60,976 bases of DNA from Candidatus Limnocylindria bacterium (GTDB taxonomy: Bacteria; Chloroflexota; Limnocylindria; Limnocylindrales; CSP1-4): NCBI GenBank assembly GCA_041484785.1, contig JBGPIH010000002.1, positions 1 through 60,976 of the forward strand. Direction: 5' to 3'. A program made the translations under genes and the position numbers. The notes under the pieces were generated by a model that was given only the letters and a program-made list of their open reading frames with translations, had not been told where the DNA came from and searched no databases. This document shows, piece by piece, positions 29,242 through 38,300 of the stretch (position 1 is the first letter of the stretch; the number at the start of each line of letters is the position of its first letter).

Positions 29242-30089
29242 TCGTGATCGCGCGGCTGACCGTTCGCGAGCTCGTTCGCCGGCGGGTGGTCTGGGTCCTG
29301 GTGGCCCTGACCATCGTGTCGGTCGCCCTCGTCAGCTGGGGGCTCGATCGCCTCGTGAACCTGGCCCGCGAGGATGGCACGAGCGAGCTGCAGATCCGGA
29401 TCGGCGTCTCCCAGGTGCTCATCCTGATCGCCTTCATGTTCAGCTTCGTGCTGGCGATGACCGCGGCCTTCGTCGGTGCGCCGGCGATCGGGGGCGATCT
29501 CGAATCCGGCGTCGCCCTCGCGATCCTCGCTCGACCCTTGCGCCGTGCGGAGGTCCTGCTCGGGCGCTGGCTGGGATCGGCGCTGGTCGTGGTCCTCTAC
29601 ACCGCCGCCTCGGGCCTGCTGGCGATCGCTGCGGCAGCCCTGATCTCCGGCTATGGGGCCCCCGATCCGCTTCTCGCGATCGCCTTCCTGTCCGGCCAGG
29701 CGGTCGTGCTGCTGACCCTGACGCTCGCCCTCGGGTCGGTCCTGCCCTCGATCGCGGCCGGGGCGATCGCCGTCGTCGGCTTTGGGCTCGGCTGGATGGC
29801 CGGGGTCCTGGCCGGGGTGGCGGCCGCGTTCGGCGTCGGTCTGCTCGGCCAGGCCGCCGAGGTCAGCCGCTGGATCTTTCCGAGCGACGGACTGTGGCGC
29901 GGCGTCATTTATGGCCTCGAGCCCCCGATCGTGGTCCTGCTGGCGGCCGGCAGCGTCCCCCGGTTCGCCGACGCCAACCCGTTCTACGCGTCGACGCCGC
30001 CGCCGCTGCCGTTCGTCGTCTGGTCGATCGCCTGGATCGCGCTGGTGCTCGGGGCCGCGAGCTGGTGGTTCGAGCGTCGCGATCTCTGA
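29238..30089 (+). CDS. ABC-2 type transporter permease
   Basis: It starts with an ATGA overlap on the ATPase gene and encodes a multi-TM hydrophobic protein of 283 aa. Confidence 0.75.
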   Translation: MIVIARLTVRELVRRRVVWVLVALTIVSVALVSWGLDRLVNLAREDGTSELQIRIGVSQVLILIAFMFSFVLAMTAAFVGAPAIGGDLESGVALAILARPLRRAEVLLGRWLGSALVVVLYTAASGLLAIAAAALISGYGAPDPLLAIAFLSGQAVVLLTLTLALGSVLPSIAAGAIAVVGFGLGWMAGVLAGVAAAFGVGLLGQAAEVSRWIFPSDGLWRGVIYGLEPPIVVLLAAGSVPRFADANPFYASTPPPLPFVVWSIAWIALVLGAASWWFERRDL

Positions 30090-30107
30090 GGATCGCCAGG
30101 CGGTACC

Positions 30108-30701
30108 TCAGCCGCGGTAGCGGAAGCAGCCGGGCAGGTGGTCGTCGACCAGGCCGACACTCTGCATCAGGGCGTACACGATCGTCGACCCCACGAATCG
30201 AAAGCCGCGCATCCGGAGGTCCGCCGAAAGCGCGTCGGAGACGGGAGTCGTCGCCGCGACGTGGCCGATGCCGGCATCGGGCGGCAGGCGGACCGGCGGT
30301 TGCGGAACTCGCGCCGCGAGGTACCGATCGAACGAGCCGAACTCACCGGCCGTCTCGAGGAGCGCGGCCGCATTGCCGATCGTCGCCTCGATCTTCGCCC
30401 GGTTGCGCACGATTCCGGCATCCGCCATGAGCCGAGCCCGGTCGGCATCCTCGAAGCGGGCCACGACCCGCGGATCGAAGCCCCCGAACGCCCGTCGGAA
30501 GGCCTCCCGTTTGTGGAGGATCGTCGCCCACGACAGGCCGGCCTGGAACGACTCGAGCGCGACGCGTTCGAAGAGCGCGGTGTCGTCGTGGACCGGGATG
30601 CCCCACTCGTCGTCGTGGTAGGCGACCATCAGCGGATCGGGTGACGGGCCATCCACCGAAGCCCACGAGCAGCGCGGCCGAGCGTCGATCACCCGGCCCA
30701 C
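30108..30701 (-). CDS. tag: DNA-3-methyladenine glycosylase I
   Basis: The Tag pattern RCSW...YHDDEWGIPVHDD..LFE...LESFQAGLSW is present. Confidence 0.9.
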   Translation of the reverse strand: MGRVIDARPRCSWASVDGPSPDPLMVAYHDDEWGIPVHDDTALFERVALESFQAGLSWATILHKREAFRRAFGGFDPRVVARFEDADRARLMADAGIVRNRAKIEATIGNAAALLETAGEFGSFDRYLAARVPQPPVRLPPDAGIGHVAATTPVSDALSADLRMRGFRFVGSTIVYALMQSVGLVDDHLPGCFRYRG

Positions 30702-30711
30702 GATACCCGGG

Positions 30712-32085
30712 TCAGGGGATCGGCGCGAGATCGAACAGGGTGCTTCGCAGGATCGGATCGGTTGCCGGTCGAGCCCTGTTGAAGACGGACCGGAAGACCT
30801 CCCCCGAGACCTGGCGGGTGCCGGCGGTGCCGACCAAGGTGACGCTGACCAGGCGACCCGAGACGCCGCGATCGTGCAGGTCGAGGGCGATCAGGTCGCC
30901 CACGTTCGTCCGGCTGTCGGCGGCGAACCAGGCCGACAGCTGGTTCCGCGGGTAGGTCCGGGTCGACCAGACCGCGAACGGGGAGGTCGCGTCGTAGGAG
31001 ACGCCGTTCGGGTCGCGGTCACTCGAGCCGCGCAGGTAGCTGACCGGGCGCGCGACCTTCCGCCCCGTCGCCGTCGTGTAGACGTTCTCGTTCGATTCGG
31101 TGGCGCCGCCGCCGGTCGAGTCGAAGAGCGCGTTGGCGATGGTCGTCCCGCTCATGAGGACCTGGCCGGCCGTGGCCGCGATCGCCGCGCTGGTGGCCGG
31201 CTTCTCGGCCAGGGCGCCGCGATAGATCTGCGAGGTCGAATCGTCCGGAACGTCGTACGGCGAGGTCGCCGGCCGCAACCGGCGGGCCGCGAACGATCGG
31301 GCCGCCACGGCCTGCGCCTGGAGCGCCGCAGCCGGCCACGTCGGCGGCATCTCGACCGGCACCACGCCGCCGAGGTACCCCTCGAGCGTGACCTCGTTGA
31401 CGACCGAGACGCGCGAGCTGGTGGGGCCGAAGACGACGTGGATCGCGCCCCGGTAGACGTTGAACCGGGTCGCCTTCGATACGAGCTGCATCCGGCCGTC
31501 GTCGGTGGCCGGGCGGATGACGACGTCGGGCGGTGGCGGCCCGTCGTACAGGACGCTGCCGTCGGCCGCGCTGACGACCAGTCGCCAGCCGCCGACCGGA
31601 CTGGTCCCGGACCGCGAGAGTTGCATCCGCGCGTCGGGCGGGAAGGTGGCGTCGAGGCCATCGATCGTCCAGGGCACCACCCGACCGGCGATCTCGAGCG
31701 GGTGGCTCGCGGTTGCGATCCAGCGGCTGAGCACGAGCACACGGATCAGGGTGGCCGGATCGATGACGCTCAGCGTTGCCCCCTGGTAGTAGTGGGCGAG
31801 GATCGTCACCGCGTCCTGACCGGCGAGTGCCCGCCCGCGCGCCCCGTATTGCGACATCCCGACGCCGTGACCGTAGCCACGCCCGAAGAAGGTGACCGAG
31901 TCACCGAGCACGGAGCCGGTGGCCGGAGACGTGCTCGAACCTCCCGCCGGCGTCTCGGCGAGCACCCGCCCCGGGAGGCTTCCGAGGCTGCCCATGGCGG
32001 CGACCACCAGGGCGGCCACGAGTCCGACCAGGGCGGGGCGGGCGATGCCCTGAACCTTGCGCTGAGCCGGAGCGTGCGTTGACAT
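30712..32085 (-). CDS. SpoIID/LytB domain protein (peptidoglycan-remodelling)
   Basis: It has an N-terminal TM/signal sequence, GRGYGHGVGMSQYGA, and YGGGATES-like motifs in the SpoIID domain. Confidence 0.85.
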   Translation of the reverse strand: MSTHAPAQRKVQGIARPALVGLVAALVVAAMGSLGSLPGRVLAETPAGGSSTSPATGSVLGDSVTFFGRGYGHGVGMSQYGARGRALAGQDAVTILAHYYQGATLSVIDPATLIRVLVLSRWIATASHPLEIAGRVVPWTIDGLDATFPPDARMQLSRSGTSPVGGWRLVVSAADGSVLYDGPPPPDVVIRPATDDGRMQLVSKATRFNVYRGAIHVVFGPTSSRVSVVNEVTLEGYLGGVVPVEMPPTWPAAALQAQAVAARSFAARRLRPATSPYDVPDDSTSQIYRGALAEKPATSAAIAATAGQVLMSGTTIANALFDSTGGGATESNENVYTTATGRKVARPVSYLRGSSDRDPNGVSYDATSPFAVWSTRTYPRNQLSAWFAADSRTNVGDLIALDLHDRGVSGRLVSVTLVGTAGTRQVSGEVFRSVFNRARPATDPILRSTLFDLAPIP

Positions 32086-32182
32086 GCGACAACGATGGGT
32101 GGTGCGTCCGGTCCACGGCCATGACCCGACTGGACCATGCCGCCCACCGCCGAACGGGCTACCGCCGGGGTACGCTGCGCTC

Positions 32183-32707
32183 GTGAGCCTTCGCTGCTTC
32201 CTGGGTCACGGCGCCAGCGGCTCGGCCGCCAGCATGGCGCCATTCGTGGCGGGTCTCCGCGCTCGCGGAGTGGATGCGGTGGCGATCGACCTTCCCCGGC
32301 GAAAGGCCGAGGACGCGCTTCCGGCCTTCCACCTGGTCGTCCCGTCGGCGCCGGACGTGGCGGTCGGCGGCCACTCGTACGGTGGCCGAGTGGCGAGCCT
32401 GGCGGCGGCGGAGCCCGATTCGCCGTACCGGGCCCTCGTGCTGTTCAGCTATCCGCTCCATCCGCCAGGTGCGCCGGAGCGCACGGCTGCCCGCATCGCG
32501 CACTGGTCCGCCATCCGCTGCCCGGTCCTCCTCCTGTCGGGGGAGTCCGATCCGTTCGCCCGGATCGAACTGCTGCGATCCTCGGTCGCCGATCTCGACC
32601 GGGCGGAGCTGGTGACCTTCCCGCGTCTGGGCCATAGCCTCGCGCCGGTCCTGGAGGACGTCCTGGACCGCACGGCGGCATTCCTGCTGCGGCCTGCCGA
32701 CGGCTGA
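32183..32707 (+). CDS. alpha/beta hydrolase (KANL3/Tex30-like small hydrolase family)
   Basis: I prefer the GTG 32183 start (VSLRCFLGHGASGS...). The nucleophile motif is GGHSYGG, followed by C-terminal SGESDPF...GH. Confidence 0.7.
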   Translation: MSLRCFLGHGASGSAASMAPFVAGLRARGVDAVAIDLPRRKAEDALPAFHLVVPSAPDVAVGGHSYGGRVASLAAAEPDSPYRALVLFSYPLHPPGAPERTAARIAHWSAIRCPVLLLSGESDPFARIELLRSSVADLDRAELVTFPRLGHSLAPVLEDVLDRTAAFLLRPADG

Positions 32708-32922
32708 CCGGTCGGCCGGGACCTTTGGCCCCCTTGTCTCGCGGTTGACCGGCGTCGTATCCTGACCGACCCCAGAGCCGGGCACCAGGAGTCCGCCCGG
32801 TCCTGCAGCCCCTGTCGCCGCCGGTGTGCCCAGGCCGCGGTCCTCAGCCGCCTCCCTGTCCGGCTTCGAACCAGCCATCGCTCGGCGCCCTGGGTGCGCC
32901 GTCCCGGCAGGAAGGAGCTCCA

Positions 32923-33759
32923 TTGCGAGTTCGGTCCGGCCGCCAACTGGCGGTCCTCGTCGCGGCTCTCGCGGCGGTCCTCGTCGTCGACGTCGCCGGC
33001 CCATCCCGGGCGGATGCCGGCGACCCGCCGTTGCTCGATCGCTTCATGCAGGCGGTGGGGCAGGTGGAATCCCACGGCAACCACACGGCGCTCAACACGA
33101 AGAGCGGGGCGTACGGGCGCTACCAGATCCTGCCGGACAACTGGCGGCAGTGGGCGCGACGGTACCTCGGGAACGCCAATGCCAAGCCCACGCCGGCCAA
33201 CCAGGATCGCGTCGCCAAGGCCAAGATGGCAGAGCTGTATCGCTGGCTGGGCAGTTGGCCCCGCGTCTCGTACTGGTGGCTGACCGGGTCATCCCAGACG
33301 TCTGCCTGGTCGAATGCCGCCCGGCAGTACGTCGCCCGGGTCATGGCGATCTTCGGCGGCGATGACGCCGGCCCGCCCCCGGAAGAGGCGGCCCGCCACT
33401 ACTCCGAGCGGAGCTCCACGATCGCCTATGCGGGTACGTGGCACGTGGCGCGCGCGTCAGGCTACGCCGGCGGCCGGGTGACCTACGCCTCGAGCGCGGG
33501 TGCCACGGCGGCCATCACCTTCACGGGCAGCCGGATCGCCTGGTACGGTCCGGTTGGCCCGACCCGCGGCAAGGCGCGGATCACCGTGGACGGCGTGGTC
33601 CGGGCGACTATCGATCTGAATCGACCGGGCTTCCGTCCGCGAGCCGTCCTGTACAGCGTCAGCTGGAAGGCCGCGGGGCGCCACAGCCTGGGCATCGAGG
33701 TCCTCGACACGCGCGGGCACAAGCTGGTCGCGATCGACGAGCTGGTGGTCACGCCGTAG
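32923..33759 (+). CDS. secreted lytic-transglycosylase-like (SLT-type) protein with a C-terminal beta-sandwich domain
   Basis: RBS GGAAGGAG precedes TTG 32923, followed by a signal/TM segment. It has the SLT motif QVESHGN...GAYGRYQI. Confidence 0.7.
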   Translation: MRVRSGRQLAVLVAALAAVLVVDVAGPSRADAGDPPLLDRFMQAVGQVESHGNHTALNTKSGAYGRYQILPDNWRQWARRYLGNANAKPTPANQDRVAKAKMAELYRWLGSWPRVSYWWLTGSSQTSAWSNAARQYVARVMAIFGGDDAGPPPEEAARHYSERSSTIAYAGTWHVARASGYAGGRVTYASSAGATAAITFTGSRIAWYGPVGPTRGKARITVDGVVRATIDLNRPGFRPRAVLYSVSWKAAGRHSLGIEVLDTRGHKLVAIDELVVTP

Positions 33760-33762
33760 CGG

Positions 33763-34143
33763 CTAGCGAGTCGCCATCACCTCGATCTCGATCGAGAAGT
33801 CGGCCGCGAGCGCGGTCACGCCCAGGGTCGTCCTGGTCGGCGGCTCGGTCGGGAAGTACGTTCGGTAGACCGCGTTCATCGCCGGGAAGTCGGCGAAGTC
33901 GCGCAGGTAGACCGTCGCCTTCACGACGTTTGCGTAGTCCAGGCCGACGGCCCGGAGCAGGCGCCCCACGTTGTCGAGCATCTGGCGCGTCTCAGCCTCG
34001 ATGCCGCCGGGTACGGCGCCCGTCCCGCCGGGTGCCAGGCCGACCTGGCCGGCCAGGAAGACGAAGCCGTTGGCCTCGACGACCTGGCTGAACGGGAGCG
34101 CGCTCGCCTCGCCGGCTGGCAGTGCTGGAATCTGCTTGGGCAT
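33763..34143 (-). CDS. ridA: RidA/YjgF family reactive-intermediate deaminase
   Basis: RBS GGAGGAAACGTCG precedes ATG 34143. The family pattern is FVFLAGQVG...AETRQMLDN...VVKATVYL. Confidence 0.88.
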   Translation of the reverse strand: MPKQIPALPAGEASALPFSQVVEANGFVFLAGQVGLAPGGTGAVPGGIEAETRQMLDNVGRLLRAVGLDYANVVKATVYLRDFADFPAMNAVYRTYFPTEPPTRTTLGVTALAADFSIEIEVMATR

Positions 34144-34271
34144 CGACGTTTCCTCCATCTCCGCTGTGTACGTCGCAGGGTAGCCGCGTCGGCGCCCACG
34201 CGACCGTGCCATGGACATGGCAGAGCCCCCGGCGGTGCCGGGGGCTCGATGGCCGGTTCGCGGTCAGCTGG

Positions 34272-34661
34272 TCACTGGACCGTGAGAGTTCCCTTCATGT
34301 TCGGATGGACCTCGCAGATGAACCCGTAGCTGCCCGCGGCGAGCGCCGGGACCTGGTACGTCACCTGCTGGCCGGCGACGATGTCGCCCTTGAAGACCTT
34401 GGCCCCGGACGCGTCCAGGATGGCGACGTTGTGCGGGGCGCCGTCCCGGTTGTCGAAGATCAGGCTGAAGGCCGTGCCGGCCTTGGCCGTGACCGCCGGG
34501 GTGACGAAGGCCAGATCCTTGGCGACGATGGTCACGGAGCCGGAGCTCGGACCACCGGACGCGGCCGGGCTGGGAGTTTCCTGGGCTGCCGACGCGCCAC
34601 TGCAGGCGGCCAGGACGGCGGCCAGGCTGAGCAGGCCGAAGGTAAGGGCGAGGCGCTTCAT
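34272..34661 (-). CDS. cupredoxin (plastocyanin/amicyanin-like blue-copper) lipoprotein
   Basis: RBS AAGGAG precedes ATG 34661. It has the lipobox LAAC and candidate copper ligands H(N)...C-x2-H-x2-M (FICEVHPNM). Confidence 0.8.
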   Translation of the reverse strand: MKRLALTFGLLSLAAVLAACSGASAAQETPSPAASGGPSSGSVTIVAKDLAFVTPAVTAKAGTAFSLIFDNRDGAPHNVAILDASGAKVFKGDIVAGQQVTYQVPALAAGSYGFICEVHPNMKGTLTVQ

Positions 34662-34704
34662 GTCGACGGACTCCTTGGGTACGAGGGCTTCGGGATCGGG
34701 TCGG

Positions 34705-35139
34705 TCAGGCGCCGGCGCCGGCGCTGGCGGTGCGGCGGCGGCTCGACACGAGGGCGGAGAAGGCGGCCAGCTCACGCCGGAGCACGCCTACCGGGTTGCC
34801 GTCGTGGCGGGCGAAGTCGATGGCGAGGGTGACGATCAGGGCGACTTCGATGGCCTTGGCGATGTAGGCGGTCGTGAAGTACGGACCCATGACGGCCCAG
34901 GCGACGATCGCGGTGGCGGCGTAGCCCATCAGGCCGACGCGGACGATCCAGCGGAAGCGGACGGCGATGGCGAGCGGGACGACGATCGAGATGGCGGCCA
35001 CCCCGTAGCCGACCGCGTTCAGCGTGAACAGCAGGCCGCCGAGCGTGGAGTGGATGTAGGCGGTCGCCAGGGCGAGCGCGACGATGACGCCACGGACGAC
35101 GACGTCCGAGGTGCGCAGGGAGCTTCGCGGAGCAAACAT
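34705..35139 (-). CDS. small integral membrane protein (about 4 TM helices), function unknown
   Basis: RBS GAGGA lies upstream of ATG 35139. Four hydrophobic segments are visible. It sits directly upstream of the cupredoxin gene on the same strand. Confidence 0.65.
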   Translation of the reverse strand: MFAPRSSLRTSDVVVRGVIVALALATAYIHSTLGGLLFTLNAVGYGVAAISIVVPLAIAVRFRWIVRVGLMGYAATAIVAWAVMGPYFTTAYIAKAIEVALIVTLAIDFARHDGNPVGVLRRELAAFSALVSSRRRTASAGAGA

Positions 35140-35329
35140 CGGGCAGTGTCCTCATCGATTTTCGAATGCCGGTCAGGGCGCCGGCGGCTGGGTGCATCCT
35201 CGACCGGGGTGCGGCCCCGGGCCGTGGGCAAGCGACCCGGAATCGCGCACGTCGCAGGCCGAGGTCGTGGCTCGACGGCCGTCCAGCCACGGATCGGCCG
35301 GATGACGTAGGCGGCATCGCCATCCGGCA

Positions 35330-38300
35330 GTGCCGTGCCTCGCGGCCGCGGCGTATCCTCGGCTCGTGGCCACCCCGACCCGGAGCGTGCGCGCCCGCCG
35401 CGCTTCTGCCGCAGCTCCGCCGCCCGCACCAGTTGAACGCGCCGACGCCGGCGCGCCCGCGCGCGATCCGGACGGCGGGCAGGGAGACATCCACGAGCTG
35501 CTGACGGCCGCCGTTGCCGAGGCGGCGAGGCTGCTCGATACGGACGGGGCGATGGTCTACCTGCTCGACCCGGAGAGCGGCATCCTGCGCTTCGCCCACG
35601 ATGCCGGGATCAGGAGCGAGCTCGGCCGGGAGCGAATGCGCTCGATTCGGCTGCCGGTCGGTGTGGGGCTGTTCGGTCGGGCGGTCGCCGAACGCGCGGT
35701 CGTGAAGACCGCGGACTACCTCGCGGATCCGGCGTTCAGCCACGCGGCCGACCCGGACGAGGTGGTCAGGGAGATCGGGATCCGCTCGATGGTCGTGGCG
35801 CCGATGGTCGCGGGCGGGGAGGTCTTTGGGGCGCTCGGGACCTTCTCGAGCCGGCCGGGCGCCTTCGATGCCGCCCAGGTCGGCCTCGTCCGGGCGCTGG
35901 CCGACCATGCCGCCGCGGCCATGCGCAATGCCCACCTCATCGAGGCGCTGGACGCGTCCCGCCGCGAGCTCGCCCGGCGGGTCGAGGCCGAGCGGGCCCT
36001 GCGCGAGAATGCCACCCGGATCGCGATCCTGCGCCAGCCCCGGGAGATCCTCCTGGACGTGGTCGACCAGGCCGGTCGACTGGTCCAGTCCGATGGCGTG
36101 ATCCTGGACCTGCTGGACCCGACCACGGGCAACCTGCACTGGGCCATCGACAACGGGCTGTCCGACCAGTTCGGTCCCGAGGAGCGGGCCAAGCTCTGGA
36201 TCTCGGTGGGCGTTGGCGCGACCGGGATCGCGGTCGCCGAGAACCGGGTCGTCGTCGCCGACGACGATCTTGCCGCGCAGTTCCCGCCGTCAGCCGAGTC
36301 GACCGAGTTCTATGAGCGGACCGGCTTCCATTCGATGATCGCCGCCCCCATCACCGGCGACGCCGGCCCGCTCGGTGTCCTCGAGGTCTATGCCCGCGAG
36401 CGCGCCGCATTCGATGAGGACGATGCCGGCCTGGTCGGCGCCCTGGCCAGCCAGGCGGCGATCGCGATCACCAACGCGAGACTGATCGACGAGCTCGCGC
36501 GTTCGCGCGGTGAGCTGGCCCGGACCGCCGACGCGGAGCGCACCCTGCGCGAGATCGCCGCACGCGTCAGCGCGATGAGGAACCAGGACGAGATCCTCCA
36601 GTCGGTCATCGATGCCTCGGTCCGGCTGCTGGGGGCGACCGGCGCGATGATCGACCTGCTCGGGGACACGGGCATGGCCGAGGCATGGACCAGCCAGGAG
36701 GCCGGCGTTCGGGCGGTGTCCAACCTGGGCCTCCTGAGCGAGATCACCCTCGAGAGCGACGCGGGCGTGTCGGGGCGGGCGGTCCGGACCCGCCAGGTGG
36801 AGTGGACCGGCGAGTACCTCGACGACGACAGGTTCAGGCATACGCCGGCCCGTGACGCCTTCGTACGTGAATCCGCGATCCACTCGGTGATCGCCGCGCC
36901 GCTCATCCAGCGCGAGGCGGTGGTCGGCGCGATCACGGTCTACGGCGACCGGGTCGATGCGTTCGACGAGCAGGATGCGGGCTTGCTCGCGGCGCTGGCC
37001 AACCAGGCGGCGGTGGCCATCGCGAACGCTCGCCTGTTCGACGAGCTGGAGCGGTCGCGCGCAGAGGTCGCGCGGCGCGCCGACAGCGAACAAACGCTCC
37101 GGGAGATCGCCGCCCGCGTCTCGGCGATCCTGGACCCGGCCGAGGTTCTCCAGCGGATCGTCGAAGAGACGACCCGCCTGCTCGAGTCGGACGGCGCACG
37201 GATCGACCTGTACGACCCGACCATCGACGCCCTGCGCTGGTCGTACGCCGCCGGCGAGGCGATGGCGATCAGGCCCGAGTGGGCGAGGATCGGCGGACTC
37301 AAGCCCGGTCAGGCGGTGGCCGGCACCGCCTTCGCGGAACAGCGCCCGGCCCGCACCGACGACTACCTCGAGGACGACCGCTTCCTTCGAGACGACCTGG
37401 CCCGGGCATTCGTCGCGGAGTCGGGGATCCGCTCGGTGATCGCCGTTCCCCTGGCCGGCGAGACGGGGCCGCTCGGCACGCTGTCGGTGGTGTCGCGCAA
37501 GCCGGCCGCGTATGACGATGCCGACGCCGACGTGCTGACCGCCCTGGCGACGCAGGCATCAATCGCGATCCGGAACGCCCGGCTGATGGACGAGCTCGCC
37601 CGATCGCGAGACGTGATCCAGCGTCGAGCGGAGGCGGAGAAGGCGCTGCGCGAGATCGCCGCCCGGATCACCGCCATCCGGGCACCGGGCGACCTGCTCC
37701 AACACGTCGTGGACGAGGCCCAGCGCCTGCTGCGCGCCGACGGTGCAGTCATCGACCAGTTCAACGAGGAGACCCAGCGGCTGGAATGGGCCTACGGCGC
37801 GGGCCTGCCCGATGCCCAGCGCGAGGCTCTCCGCTCGACCTCCCTGCGCCTCGGCGAAGGACTGTCGGGCACCGCCGTCGCCCAGGGGCGGGTGATGACG
37901 GCCGGCGACTACCTGTCGGGCGACTTCGCCCACGATGACCTGGCCGATTCGCACGCGGCAGCGGCCGGCATCGGCGACCTCATCGTTGCCCCGATCATCG
38001 GGGAATCGGGTCCGCTCGGCGCGATCGAAGTCTTCAGCCGTCGCGCCCACGCCTTCGACGCGATCGACGAGGCCGTGCTCGGTGGCCTGGCCGACCAGGC
38101 GGCCATCGCCTTCACCAACGCCCGACTCATCGAGGCGCTCGAGCAATCGCACGCGGCCCTCGCCCGCAGGGCGGACACGGAGCGGGCGCTTCGCGAGATC
38201 ACCGCGCGGATCGCCGCCCTGCGCGAACCGGAGGTCATCCTCAGGCGCGTGGTCGAGGAGGCCAAGCGGTTGCTCGACACGGACGGCGCCCACCTGACCC

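Noticed and set aside
32855-32880. A tRNA-like T-arm motif (GGCTTCGAACC).
   Set aside because: The flanking bases do not form the T-stem, and no acceptor or anticodon arms can be drawn. No tRNA is present.
32708-32922. A possible c-di-AMP (ydaO-type) riboswitch in the 215-nt leader of the SLT-like cell-wall hydrolase gene. In Actinobacteria this riboswitch class often precedes rpf or cell-wall hydrolase genes.
   Set aside because: I looked for the conserved ydaO blocks (GGGGACCCA, GGGGUGAAUC, CCGACAGCUAACCUCG) and found none. Only a vague CGAACC...GCUCGGCG resemblance exists. An Infernal scan would settle it.
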